Shown: positions 28,038 through 40,378, counted from the first letter of the stretch. The stretch: DNA of 51,312 nucleotides from an uncultured Bacilli bacterium (GCA_944358125.1 CALVQM010000001.1:1-51312), one strand, 5' to 3'. The notes: generated from the letters alone by a model not told the origin. Made by a program: numbers and translations.

Positions 28038-28336
28038 TAGAATAAGCCATTAAATGATGAGCCGTATGCTCCCATTTTACTTTCTACTTCTTTATCAATT
28101 TTTCTAACAGCGTCATTAACTGCTATTTTTATCATATCTTCTAACATTTCTTTATCATCTTGTTCAATATTTCCATCAAAAGTAATCTTAACTTTTTCAA
28201 TTTCCTTTTTTCCATTCATTTCTACAGTTAGCCATTCTGATGTCCCGGTAAAAATAGAATTATCTATTTCCTCTTTCTTTTTAGTTATTTCTTTTTGCAT
28301 TTTTTGGGCTTGAGCCATTAAATTTTGAATATTCAT
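28037..28336 (-). CDS. ybaB: YbaB/EbfC nucleoid-associated protein
   Basis: 99 aa, NLMAQAQKMQKEI start, in the dnaX-ybaB-recR arrangement. Confidence 0.9.
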   Translation of the reverse strand: MNIQNLMAQAQKMQKEITKKKEEIDNSIFTGTSEWLTVEMNGKKEIEKVKITFDGNIEQDDKEMLEDMIKIAVNDAVRKIDKEVESKMGAYGSSFNGLF

Positions 28337-28353
28337 TTAAATCTCCTTCTTCC

Positions 28354-30018
28354 TTATTCAATTTCTATTTTTTCTTTATCAAATATATCATAAGCGATTT
28401 TTTCAATATTATCAATATTATTTTCTTCTTCTTTGGCGATTTTTGGTTCTTCTATATAGTGATATTCATGTTTGTCGTGTAAATTTTTAATATATTCATG
28501 TTTTTCTTCATTCCATTTAGTTTCAGTTAAAGCAATAAATTTATATTCTATATTAAATGCTTTATTAAATAAGTCTTCTATTTCATTTAATCTATTGTTA
28601 ATTAAATTTGATGTTCCATCAATTATGCTGGTTAAAACACCTATTTTATCACTTGCAGTTACAACATTACAATCAATTAAAAGGTTCAACAAACTTTTAT
28701 CACTTAAATTATCCACAAATTTTTTCCACATTTCTTTTAAATTTTGTAAATATTGTTTTTTAGCATTTACAAAACAATTATTTACCCTAATTTTTATTAA
28801 TTCAGTATAGGTCTCTGGTTGTGAAATTATTTCCCGGGAAATAATTTTAACTGGGGCTTCTTCATTTGTGATGGCAACGGGTGCTGGTGTTTTTATTTTT
28901 TCGGTATTTTCTTTAATTATTTCCCGGGAAATAAATTTTGTGGTGCTTTGATTATTTTGAATAATTTCATCTACCACTTGTTCTTCTTTTTTTGTGCCTG
29001 GAAAATATTTTAATAAAGTTATTTCAATTAAAAGATATGGATCAATACTCATATTAACATAATTGGATATGTCTGCAAGAGCAAAAGCCATTTCTTTTAA
29101 TTTATCATAAGATAATCCTTGATAGTTATAGTCTTTTTTTGCTTTAATAGCTTCTTCTTCAATTTTTTCTAGCATTTTTTTAATTAAAACTTTATAGTCG
29201 ATAGCTAATTCCTTAAATTTTTTCATCATACTATCAAAGTTATCCACATTATTTTCTAATATTAAATTAAATAAGTCATTAATTTGTTTTTTTGAGACCG
29301 AACCAAAGTGTTCTATGACATCATTTATAGTTATTTTTTCCGTGGTACTTGATAATTGATCTAAAATACTTAAAGCATCACGCATACCACCATCAGAAAT
29401 ATAAGCTATTTCTTCTAACGCATCATCATCTATAGCTATATTTTCTTCAGATATAACAAATTTTAGACGATTTATAATATCAGCTATAGATATTTTATGA
29501 AAATCAAATCTTTGACAACGTGAAAGAATGGTTATAGGCACTGCTTCAATGTTGGTAGTTGCCAATATAAAGACTACATGTTTAGGTGGCTCTTCTAATG
29601 TTAATAATAAGGCATTAAAGGCACTGGTACTTAACATGTGAACCTCATCTATTATATACACTTTGTATTTAGAATAGGCTGGGGCTAATTTAATATTATT
29701 AATAATTTCCCGTATTTCATCTACACCATTATTTGAAGCTGCATCAATTTCAATAATATCAGCATTTTCTTTAAAATGGAGGCAGCTATCACATTCATTA
29801 CATGGTCCTTCATTAGTCGGATTTAAGCAGTTAATAGCTTTCGCAAAAACCTTGGCTGTGCTAGTTTTTCCCGTTCCTCTTGGACCTGAAAATATATAAG
29901 CATGTGATATTTTTTCTGTTTTTATAGCATTTTTTAATATTGAAACCATGTAATCTTGCCCAACAATACTTGAAAAATTGTCTGGTCTATATTTACGATA
30001 TAATACTTTGTAATCCAT
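28354..30018 (-). CDS. dnaX: DNA polymerase III subunits gamma/tau
   Basis: Walker A GPRGTGKTS, zinc module CNECDSC, and Walker B IIDEVHMLS. Confidence 0.93.
   Translation of the reverse strand: MDYKVLYRKYRPDNFSSIVGQDYMVSILKNAIKTEKISHAYIFSGPRGTGKTSTAKVFAKAINCLNPTNEGPCNECDSCLHFKENADIIEIDAASNNGVDEIREIINNIKLAPAYSKYKVYIIDEVHMLSTSAFNALLLTLEEPPKHVVFILATTNIEAVPITILSRCQRFDFHKISIADIINRLKFVISEENIAIDDDALEEIAYISDGGMRDALSILDQLSSTTEKITINDVIEHFGSVSKKQINDLFNLILENNVDNFDSMMKKFKELAIDYKVLIKKMLEKIEEEAIKAKKDYNYQGLSYDKLKEMAFALADISNYVNMSIDPYLLIEITLLKYFPGTKKEEQVVDEIIQNNQSTTKFISREIIKENTEKIKTPAPVAITNEEAPVKIISREIISQPETYTELIKIRVNNCFVNAKKQYLQNLKEMWKKFVDNLSDKSLLNLLIDCNVVTASDKIGVLTSIIDGTSNLINNRLNEIEDLFNKAFNIEYKFIALTETKWNEEKHEYIKNLHDKHEYHYIEEPKIAKEEENNIDNIEKIAYDIFDKEKIEIE
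28824..28847. promoter_or_regulatory. NBS palindrome (24-bp extended) inside the dnaX linker
   Basis: AAATTATTTCCCGGGAAATAATTT, read as IISREIIS. Confidence 0.75.
28917..28934. promoter_or_regulatory. NBS palindrome inside the dnaX linker
   Basis: TTATTTCCCGGGAAATAA, read as FISREIIK, 90 bp from the previous copy. Confidence 0.75.
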
Positions 30019-30053
30019 AAAAAATCCACCCCAGTTAATTATACCATATTAAC

Positions 30054-30479
30054 TTAATTCTTGTCTCTTTTCTTTTGAAAAAAATTTTTTAAAATTAATC
30101 CATACATTTGTTCATATGTACATATGTTCATTTTATTGAATTTTGTTTTTTTATATTCTTTTTTGATATCAGGTTTATCTATTAAGTAATAAACATTTCT
30201 TATACGAGATTGTTTAATTATATTTTCACATATGCTGCATGGTTTTAATGTTACATACAAATCGCAATCAAAAAGACGCCAAGTTTTCAATTTTTTACTG
30301 GCTTTTTTGATAGCTATTACTTCAGCATGAGCTAAAACATTATGGCTTTGTTCTCTTTTATTAAATGCCTTGGAAATTATTTTATCATTTTTTACTATAA
30401 TAGCACTTACTGGCACTTCATTTTTAGCAGAAGCTCTTTTAGCTAGTTTCATTAAAGTTTTTAAGTATTTTTCTTGCAT
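30054..30479 (-). CDS. tadA: tRNA-specific adenosine deaminase
   Basis: HAEVIAIKKA and LKPCSICENII zinc-binding motifs. ATG at 30479 after GGGTGAT. Confidence 0.85.
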   Translation of the reverse strand: MQEKYLKTLMKLAKRASAKNEVPVSAIIVKNDKIISKAFNKREQSHNVLAHAEVIAIKKASKKLKTWRLFDCDLYVTLKPCSICENIIKQSRIRNVYYLIDKPDIKKEYKKTKFNKMNICTYEQMYGLILKNFFQKKRDKN

Positions 30480-30492
30480 ATTATCACCCAAT

Positions 30493-30569
30493 AAAAAAGT
30501 GCACACAAATAGAGATTGACGTGGCTGCTACCTCCCGGTCCTGACCAGATTACAATATATTTGTTGCAC
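30493..30569 (-). ncRNA. ffs: signal recognition particle RNA, short 4.5S type (about 77 nt)
   Basis: Minus strand CTGGTCAGGACCGGGAGGTAGCAGCCACG matches the conserved domain IV (GGUCAGGUCCGGAAGGAAGCAGCC) with a GGGA tetraloop. Terminal helix GTGCAACAAATA/TATTTGTGTGCAC followed by TTTTTT. Promoter TTGCAA(30599-30604)-17 nt-TAAATT(30576-30581). Confidence 0.85.
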
Positions 30570-30610
30570 ATATATAATTTATCATAAAAAGTTGGAAATT
30601 GCAAGTCCTA

Positions 30611-30626
30611 TGTTTCACGTGAAACT
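30611..30626. promoter_or_regulatory. parS site 1 (15/16)
   Basis: TGTTTCACGTGAAACT versus the Firmicute consensus TGTTNCACGTGAAACA. Confidence 0.75.
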
Positions 30627-30666
30627 ATATTTTTTACATTTTTACTTATTAATGATCTTATAAAAA

Positions 30667-30682
30667 TGTTTCACGTGAAACA
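30667..30682. promoter_or_regulatory. parS site 2 (perfect)
   Basis: TGTTTCACGTGAAACA. Confidence 0.85.
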
Positions 30683-30787
30683 TTGTTAGTAACTATTTTT
30701 GATATTTTCTATTTATTTTAATATATATTTTTATTATTAAAGTTTATTAATTTAAAATTAATTTTTAAATTTAATAACATTTTTTAA

Positions 30788-30803
30788 TGTTCCACGTGGA
30801 ACA
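30788..30803. promoter_or_regulatory. parS site 3 (symmetric variant)
   Basis: TGTTCCACGTGGAACA, a perfect palindrome. The left half equals the B. subtilis parS half-site. Confidence 0.75.
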
Positions 30804-30834
30804 TGGTGGATATTATTTTAGGTTTATGTTTTAA

Positions 30835-30850
30835 TGTTTCACGTGAAACA
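30835..30850. promoter_or_regulatory. parS site 4 (perfect, within a 24-bp palindrome 30831..30854)
   Basis: TTAATGTTTCACGTGAAACATTAA. Confidence 0.85.
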
Positions 30851-31041
30851 TTAATTTTTGTTACGTAAATCACATTAATTTTGATTTTTTTAAATTCAAC
30901 ATACAAATCGTTAAATTCACTAATCAAATTGAGAAATTTGCCAGAGAAATTTATTATTTTTGCTTTTGAAATAACTAATTCAACTAGCGGTTGAATTAAT
31001 AAAAGTCAGATCAAAATAAAGTACATTTTTGTGGTTATTAT

Positions 31042-31057
31042 AGTTTCACGTGAAACG
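31042..31057. promoter_or_regulatory. parS site 5 (14/16, outer bases differ)
   Basis: AGTTTCACGTGAAACG. Confidence 0.65.
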
Positions 31058-31125
31058 TTTTCGTTTTTCCCACCATTTTTATAGTTATCCACAATTTTTC
31101 AATATTTATTTTTTTAATTTTATGC

Positions 31126-31157
31126 AAATAAAAAACCATTAGATTATTCTAACGGTT
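31126..31157 (-). terminator. intrinsic terminator of gyrA
   Basis: Minus strand AACCGTTAG-loop-CTAATGGTT followed by TTTTTATTT. Confidence 0.7.
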
Positions 31158-31172
31158 CTTTATTTATTAATT

Positions 31173-33629
31173 TTATTGCTGTTCTTCACTATTAACATCT
31201 TGATCAATTGCTTCATCATCTAGTTCTTCTTTTTCAACTAGACTAATAGTAGTTACGTATTGATCATCTTTTAAATGAATTAATCTAACACCTTGTGTTA
31301 CTCTTCCTAAAGTATTAATTTGATCTAAAGTCATTCTCATGGTTGTTCCGGTATTAGTCATTATAACTAATTCTTTGTTTTCATCAACAACTTTTACAGC
31401 TGCTATATTACCATTTTTTTCAGTAATATTTAGGGCTTTTACTCCTTTACTGCCACGACTTGTTTCTCTAAAATCACTTACTAAAGTCTTTTTTCCATAT
31501 CCTTTTTCAGTTACCAACAATATTTTATCATTTTCATTTACTACTTCGGCACAAACACATTTACTTCCATCAAGATTTATTCCTTTGACACCACTAGCTG
31601 TACGACCCATAGGTCTAATTTTATCTTCATAAAATTTTACCATTCGACCGGTTTGGCTACCTAGTAAAATATAATTATTACCATTGGTACGCTTTACGGC
31701 AAGTAATTCATCATTTTCTTTTAAATTAATACAAATTTTGCCTGACGTACGTATGTTTGAAAACTCTTCGATTGCGGTTTTCTTAACTAAACCTTGTTTA
31801 GTAACAAATAATAAATATTTTGTATCTTCTTTAGATGAAATTCCTAATATAGAACTGATTGTTTCATCTTTTTCAATTGGAATTAAATTAATAATTGGAA
31901 GACCTTTAGATTGTCGATTAAATTCTGGTATTTCATATCCTTTAATTCGATATACTTTTCCTTTATTAGTAAAGAATAAAACGTGATCATGAGATGAAAT
32001 ATTAATAATTTCTTCAACAAAGTCTTCATCATTGGTTGTCATACCTTTAATACCCATGCCACCACGTTTTTGTGCTTTAAAGGTATCAGATGTAGTTCTT
32101 TTAATATAACCTTTATTAGTCATGGCTATAAGTACATTTTCTTCAGGAATTAAAGATTCATCTTCAATATATTCAATAGCGGTCATATCAATATCTGTAC
32201 GACGTTTATCACCATATTTATCTTTAATTTCTAATAATTCTTCTTTAATAATATTTAATACTTTTTCTTCAGAAGCAAGAATACCTCTTAATTCTTCAAT
32301 TAATTTTAATAACTCATTTAATTCTTCTTCAATTTTATCTCTTTCCAAGCCTGTTAATCTTCTTAAACGCATTTCTAATATGGCTTCAGCTTGAACATCA
32401 CTTAAATTGAAATTGTTCATTAAACCAGCTTTAGCTTCTTCATCAGAGGCAGATGCTCTAATTAATTTAATTACAGCATCAATATGATCTAAAGCGATTT
32501 TTAATCCTTCTAAAATATGAACTCTTTTTTCAGCCTTATCTAGGTCAAATTGGGTTCTTCTAATAATAACTTCTTTTTGATAATCAATATATTTTGAAAT
32601 AATATCTTTTAATCCAAGTGTTTTAGGTACACCATTATCAAGCATTAAGAAAATAATACCATAGGTTGTTTGAAAAGCGGTGTGTTTATATAATTTATTT
32701 AAAATAACACTAGCATTTGCATCTTTTTTTAAAGTAATTGTAATTTTGATACCATCTTTTAGATCAGCATGATAATCAGTAATACCTTCTAATACCTTGT
32801 TATGAACGAGTTCAGCAACTTTGTTTTTAAGTTCTAGGGTATTTACACCATATGGTACTTCATCAACGATAATATATTGTCTACCATTTTTTTCTTCAAT
32901 ATGAGCACGGCTCCTAATAGTAATTGTTCCCCGACCTGTTTCATAGGCTTTTTTAATACCACTATTACCGAGAATTAAAGCTCCTGTTGGAAAATCGGGA
33001 CCTTTAATATACTCCATTAAACCGTTTACATCAATGTCAGGATTATCAATATAGGCTATACAACCATCAATTACTTCACCAAGATTATGAGGAGGAATAT
33101 TGGTTGCCATACCAACAGCGATACCCATAGTTCCATTTACTAATATATTCGGAAATCTTGATGGTAATACTTCTGGTTCTTTCGTTGTTTCATCATAGTT
33201 TGGTAAGAAGTTCACCGTATTTTTATTAATATCTCTTAATAATTCCATAGATATTTTAGCTAGTTTAGCTTCGGTATAACGGTAAGCAGCAGCTCCATAA
33301 CCTTCAATGTTACCAAAGTTTCCATGACCGTCTACTAACATATAACGATAGTTAAAATCTTGAGCCATTCTTACCATTGCTTCATAAATACTTGAGTCTC
33401 CATGTGGGTGATATTTACCCATTACATCACCAACAATAGTTGCAGATTTACGATGTTGTTTATCTGGAGTTAAGCCATTTTGAAGCATATCATATAAAAT
33501 TCTTCGATGAACTGGTTTTAGTCCATCTCTTAAATCTGGTAGGGCACGAGATACAATAACACTCATGGAATACTCAAGAAATGAATCTTTTATTTCAGTT
33601 ACTATATTATTTTGTTCTAATCTATCCAT
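31173..33629 (-). CDS. gyrA: DNA gyrase subunit A
   Basis: 818 aa with the QRDR region [17 protein letters not shown], the active-site [10 protein letters not shown], and a beta-pinwheel C-terminal domain. Confidence 0.96.
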   Translation of the reverse strand: MDRLEQNNIVTEIKDSFLEYSMSVIVSRALPDLRDGLKPVHRRILYDMLQNGLTPDKQHRKSATIVGDVMGKYHPHGDSSIYEAMVRMAQDFNYRYMLVDGHGNFGNIEGYGAAAYRYTEAKLAKISMELLRDINKNTVNFLPNYDETTKEPEVLPSRFPNILVNGTMGIAVGMATNIPPHNLGEVIDGCIAYIDNPDIDVNGLMEYIKGPDFPTGALILGNSGIKKAYETGRGTITIRSRAHIEEKNGRQYIIVDEVPYGVNTLELKNKVAELVHNKVLEGITDYHADLKDGIKITITLKKDANASVILNKLYKHTAFQTTYGIIFLMLDNGVPKTLGLKDIISKYIDYQKEVIIRRTQFDLDKAEKRVHILEGLKIALDHIDAVIKLIRASASDEEAKAGLMNNFNLSDVQAEAILEMRLRRLTGLERDKIEEELNELLKLIEELRGILASEEKVLNIIKEELLEIKDKYGDKRRTDIDMTAIEYIEDESLIPEENVLIAMTNKGYIKRTTSDTFKAQKRGGMGIKGMTTNDEDFVEEIINISSHDHVLFFTNKGKVYRIKGYEIPEFNRQSKGLPIINLIPIEKDETISSILGISSKEDTKYLLFVTKQGLVKKTAIEEFSNIRTSGKICINLKENDELLAVKRTNGNNYILLGSQTGRMVKFYEDKIRPMGRTASGVKGINLDGSKCVCAEVVNENDKILLVTEKGYGKKTLVSDFRETSRGSKGVKALNITEKNGNIAAVKVVDENKELVIMTNTGTTMRMTLDQINTLGRVTQGVRLIHLKDDQYVTTISLVEKEELDDEAIDQDVNSEEQQ

Positions 33630-33640
33630 ATAAACCCTCC

Positions 33641-36645
<3,005 letters not shown>

Positions 36646-36747
36646 TTTTTAGCCCCTACTTTGTTGATATAAAAAAATTAATGGTATAATCGTACTCCTA
36701 TACCTATATATATTATATCATAAAAAAAGACCTTTTTAAAGGTTTTT

Positions 36748-37188
36748 TTAGTGTTTTCGGCCTTTTAAGGCTGAAAGTAACCGTGTTGCCCGAAGGACTT
36801 GGCGATCAAATATTGTACAACTTATTTCTAAATCAATTTCGCGGTTATTTTTAAAGATAACTGTTACTTGATTATCATTTTTTAGGTAATATTTTAAAAT
36901 ATTTTGAGATACAAGCCAAATACAGTTTGGGTGAAGATAAGAATGTGTTGGTATTAAAATTAGCTTCTTTACTTCATCAATTACTATTGGTGGTTTGTAA
37001 GTTGCTCCAATTAAAGAACTACTTCCATGTCTCCTTCCTGCTAAAGTGGATCCAGATAGAACACAATTATGTTCTAATATTTGGAGAATAGGCTCATCAA
37101 TTAAAATATCATTACTAGTTTCTAGTATATGAGTTTTATCCCCTTCGGGAATGAGAGCAAGTGTTTTTTCTTTTATTATATACGGCAT
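36748..37188 (-). CDS. comK: ComK-family protein, 146 aa
   Basis: Aligns by eye to B. subtilis ComK. LALIPEG aligns with IAVLPEE. SGSTLAGRRHGS aligns with GSSYAGRKAGT. YKPPIVID aligns with HKPPIMVD. LILIPTHS..HPNCIWL aligns with IFLFPTLS..RPQCGWI. FDRQVLRATRL aligns with FENQVYRTAWL. ATG at 37188, 8 nt after AAAGGGGG. Confidence 0.65.
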   Translation of the reverse strand: MPYIIKEKTLALIPEGDKTHILETSNDILIDEPILQILEHNCVLSGSTLAGRRHGSSSLIGATYKPPIVIDEVKKLILIPTHSYLHPNCIWLVSQNILKYYLKNDNQVTVIFKNNREIDLEISCTIFDRQVLRATRLLSALKGRKH

Positions 37189-37196
37189 GACCAATG

Positions 37197-37232
37197 CCCC
37201 CTTTCATATAATGTTATAACATATGAAAAGGG
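37197..37232 (-). promoter_or_regulatory. hairpin sequestering the comK-like Shine-Dalgarno
   Basis: Minus strand CCCTTTTCATAT...ATATGAAAGGGGG: 11 bp with one bulge. The 3' arm contains the SD. No U-run follows. Confidence 0.5.
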
Positions 37233-37265
37233 CGAAATTTGTCGAACCGTGGAAAAGCATTTATT

Positions 37266-38384
37266 TTAGTAAGTTTTTATTGGTAAAATTAGTTGAATTA
37301 GAGATTCATCTGTTAAAGATTTGATAATTAATGGTTTTACATCACTATTTAGAAGTAATAATATTTCTTCTTCTCCTAAAGTTTTAATAGCTTCTAACAT
37401 ATATTTAGAAGAGAAAGAAATTTCTAGACGATCTTTGTTGTTGGTTTCTACACTTAGTTGTTCTTCTACTTTACCAATTTCGGAAGCATAAGAATTAATT
37501 GTCATTTTGGTATTTTCCAAAGTCATTTTAACAATGTTTTTATCTTTTCCTTGTGTTAGAAGAGCGGCTCTATCGATAGCGTCATTAAAATCTTTTTTGG
37601 TTACTTTAACAATATAGGCAAATTCACTTGGAATTAAGTTAGAAGTATTGGGATAATTACCACTTAAAATATTGGTTTGAAAATTAATGTTTTTATATTT
37701 AAATAATACTTTATTATTAAAAATGTGCATTTCGATATCAGAATCATCAGTAATAATCCGTTCTAATTCCATTATATTTTTACCAGGAATAACAATTTCG
37801 ACATCTTTTTCGACAGGACTTGATAATTTAATATTCTTTTTAGCTAAACGATAAGAATCCGTTGCTACAGTTTCTAAAACATCTTTAGTAAACTTAAAAT
37901 TTACACCAGTTAAAATGGGTCTTAATTCTTGATTAGAAATAGCAAATACGGTTTGATTAATAATCGTTTTAAATATTTCACCATTAATTATAATAGGATC
38001 TTTATTAATTTCTAACTTAACATCAGGATAATCATTAATATCTAGACAATTTAAGTTATATTGGTTATTGTCGGTATAGATTTTTATTTTTAATCCATCA
38101 ATAACTTCAAAGTTAATTAAATCACTAGGCATTTTTCTAACTATGTCTAAGATATATTTACTTTGAATAATTATTCCTCCTAAAGAACTTATTTCTTTTA
38201 TTTCTTTAGATTCAATTAGCACTTTAATTGTTAATTCAGAATCACTAGCTGTTAAATATAGGCCATTATTTGTAAGTTCAAATTTAATACCATTTAATAC
38301 AGGTATGACATTTTTTGTTGATATTGCTCTTGTTACATTACTTAACCCTTCTAAAATTATGCTTTTTTCAATTGTAAATTTCAT
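37266..38384 (-). CDS. dnaN: DNA polymerase III beta sliding clamp
   Basis: MKFTIEKS start as in B. subtilis MKFTIQK. About 372 aa with three-domain clamp length. Position after dnaA. Confidence 0.93.
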   Translation of the reverse strand: MKFTIEKSIILEGLSNVTRAISTKNVIPVLNGIKFELTNNGLYLTASDSELTIKVLIESKEIKEISSLGGIIIQSKYILDIVRKMPSDLINFEVIDGLKIKIYTDNNQYNLNCLDINDYPDVKLEINKDPIIINGEIFKTIINQTVFAISNQELRPILTGVNFKFTKDVLETVATDSYRLAKKNIKLSSPVEKDVEIVIPGKNIMELERIITDDSDIEMHIFNNKVLFKYKNINFQTNILSGNYPNTSNLIPSEFAYIVKVTKKDFNDAIDRAALLTQGKDKNIVKMTLENTKMTINSYASEIGKVEEQLSVETNNKDRLEISFSSKYMLEAIKTLGEEEILLLLNSDVKPLIIKSLTDESLIQLILPIKTY

Positions 38385-38390
38385 ATTCAT

Positions 38391-38530
38391 TCCTTCTTTC
38401 TTTAAATTATTATTATTTATAATAGTGTTAATAATGTTTGTAACTTCTTTTTTTCTTTTATTTAAGCTAAATTTTGTCGATTTTTTATGTTTATAACTAC
38501 TAATTTATTCACAGTTTTGCAACAAGTTAT
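38391..38530. other. dnaA-dnaN intergenic part of oriC (candidate unwinding region)
   Basis: One near-consensus DnaA box TTATTCACA (38505..38513) is followed immediately (read toward dnaN) by TAGTAG (rc of 38497..38502), a DnaA-trio-like motif. An extremely AT-rich stretch follows at 38400..38460. Confidence 0.5.
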
Positions 38531-39880
38531 TTACAATTTAGCTTTTATTTCTTTAATTGTTTGTTCTAATTCGTGATTAGTAAGTAATTCTTGAGATATC
38601 TTATCACAAGCGAATATTACTGTTGAATGATCTCGACCTCCAAATTCTAAGCCTATTCTTGGGAAAGTTTCATCTGTTTCCATTCGGCACAGGTACATGG
38701 CTAGTTGACGCGGATGAGCTACTTTGTTGCTTCGTTTCTTTCCTTTTAAATCTTCAATTGTTATATTATAGTGATCAGCGACGGCTTTTTGAATTTTGGT
38801 AATATTATTGTTAGAATAGATATTTTTATTAACAAAATCTTTTAAGGCTTCACAAGTAAATTCTAAATCAATTGTTTTAGGAACAATCATTGCGGTGTAT
38901 GCCATAAGTCTGTTAATTGCTCCTTCTAGAAATCTTATGTCATTTTGACAAGCATTAGCAATATATTCAATGCTTTCTTCTTTTATTAGGCCCGCTAGAC
39001 TAGTATTTTCGATTTTTTTCCTGATAATTCGACATCTTAAGTCAAAATCGGGTGGATAAATATCTACGGGTAAGCCCCACATAAATCTGGACCGCAGGCG
39101 TTCTTCTAAAATTTTTAAATCTTCTGGAGATCGGTCACTACTGATAATAATTTGTTTATTCGACTGATGTAGATAATTAAAAGTGTTGAAAAATTCTTGT
39201 TGGGTTTTTTCGGCTCCTACTAGGTACTGGATATCATCAATAATTAAAACATCTACATTGCGGTATTTATTTTTAAAATCATTGGCATATTCTACAGTAT
39301 TTTTGGCATTATCCGGATTAGCAATATTCGTATATTCGGTCATAAATTCATCACAAGTACAATATAATACTTTTCGATTAGAATTCTCTGTTATAAAATT
39401 ACCTATTGCGTGCATTAAATGCGTTTTACCAAGACCACTTTTTCCATATATAAATAAAGGATTATGGATTCGACCCGGGGCTTCTGCTACGGCCATGGCC
39501 GCTACTTTAGCAAGTCTATTGGTATCTCCTACGACAAAGTTATCAAAGTTTAGATTGGGATTTAGGTTTGTTTCAAAATTACTATTGTTAGTAACTTCAT
39601 TGTTATTAACAACTATATCAGGTGTTTCTTCAATATCACTTTCTAAGACAAATTCAATATCGTAATTTATATTGGTTATGCTAGCCAGTGTTTTTTCAAT
39701 TAAAGAATAATAATTATCTCCTAGCATTTTTTTATGAATTTCCATGGGGACTTTAAAAGTTATTTTATCACTTGTTAGACTTACAATACTCAAGTCATTG
39801 AACCAGGCATGGAAAGATGCTGGATTGATCTCTTTATAGATGTTATCTAAAAATAGTTTTAATAATTCTTCTTTATCCAA
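38531..39880 (-). CDS. dnaA: chromosomal replication initiator protein DnaA
   Basis: AAA+ Walker A GKSGLGKTHL, LIIDDIQ, and domain IV RDHSTV. Likely TTG start at 39880 after GGGGTGAGG. The track ORF extends to 39916. Confidence 0.93.
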   Translation of the reverse strand: MDKEELLKLFLDNIYKEINPASFHAWFNDLSIVSLTSDKITFKVPMEIHKKMLGDNYYSLIEKTLASITNINYDIEFVLESDIEETPDIVVNNNEVTNNSNFETNLNPNLNFDNFVVGDTNRLAKVAAMAVAEAPGRIHNPLFIYGKSGLGKTHLMHAIGNFITENSNRKVLYCTCDEFMTEYTNIANPDNAKNTVEYANDFKNKYRNVDVLIIDDIQYLVGAEKTQQEFFNTFNYLHQSNKQIIISSDRSPEDLKILEERLRSRFMWGLPVDIYPPDFDLRCRIIRKKIENTSLAGLIKEESIEYIANACQNDIRFLEGAINRLMAYTAMIVPKTIDLEFTCEALKDFVNKNIYSNNNITKIQKAVADHYNITIEDLKGKKRSNKVAHPRQLAMYLCRMETDETFPRIGLEFGGRDHSTVIFACDKISQELLTNHELEQTIKEIKAKL

Positions 39881-39916
39881 CTTTAACCTCACCCCACAGT
39901 CTGGACTTTTTAACAC

Positions 39917-40320
39917 ATTAATTGTATCGCATTTTTTTTGTAATTTAAAGTCTAAAATGACAAATTTTTTTATTCACATGTTATCCACATGACTTATGCC
40001 TTATAATACCTTAGTTTTTAGGTTTTATCAACATTATCCACAAAATTTATTAAAAATTTATTCACTATTCACAATTTTAAAATTTTAGTTAATTGTTAGT
40101 AATGTGGATAACTTTTAAATTTGATACACAAGAAGCGGTTGTTACAGGGATTAGATATAAATATGGTTTTGTGGATAACTAGGTTTTTATTCACATTTTA
40201 ATTCAAAAATGGTGTTGATAAATATTTTTCTTATTCTTTTTTATTATAAGTGATTGTTTATAAAAAGTGGATAGTTTTATTTTCGAGCTTCTAACCCGGT
40301 TATTCCTTAAAAAAACTTGA
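39917..40320. other. oriC DnaA-box cluster upstream of dnaA
   Basis: Perfect TTATCCACA/TGTGGATAA boxes at 39981..39989, 40034..40042, 40103..40111 and 40170..40178. One-mismatch TTATTCACA boxes at 39970..39978 and 40187..40195. Confidence 0.85.
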
Positions 40321-40378
40321 CTAAACATGAATTAAATATTATAATTAAAACACTTGAATTTTTAAGGAGGTGTTCGTT

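Noticed and set aside
28354-30018. Programmed -1 frameshift site in dnaX (gamma versus tau)
   Set aside because: I did not find a convincing A-AAA-AAG-type heptamer with a downstream structure. A-runs are everywhere in this AT-rich gene, so nothing specific can be claimed.
30611-31057. CACGTG-centred repeats as a CRISPR array or as transcription-factor (E-box-like) operators
   Set aside because: The spacings are irregular (56, 121, 47 and 207 bp). The repeat units are only 16-24 bp palindromes, and no cas genes are present. The sequence equals the parS consensus.
37232-37260. TTTGTCGAAC shared between the dnaN/comK-like spacer and the three toxin-antitoxin-like modules (GTTCGACAAA at 4209, 5202 and 48603)
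   Set aside because: This is a single extra 10-mer occurrence, in the opposite orientation relative to the downstream gene. It could be chance and there is not enough evidence to call it a common operator.
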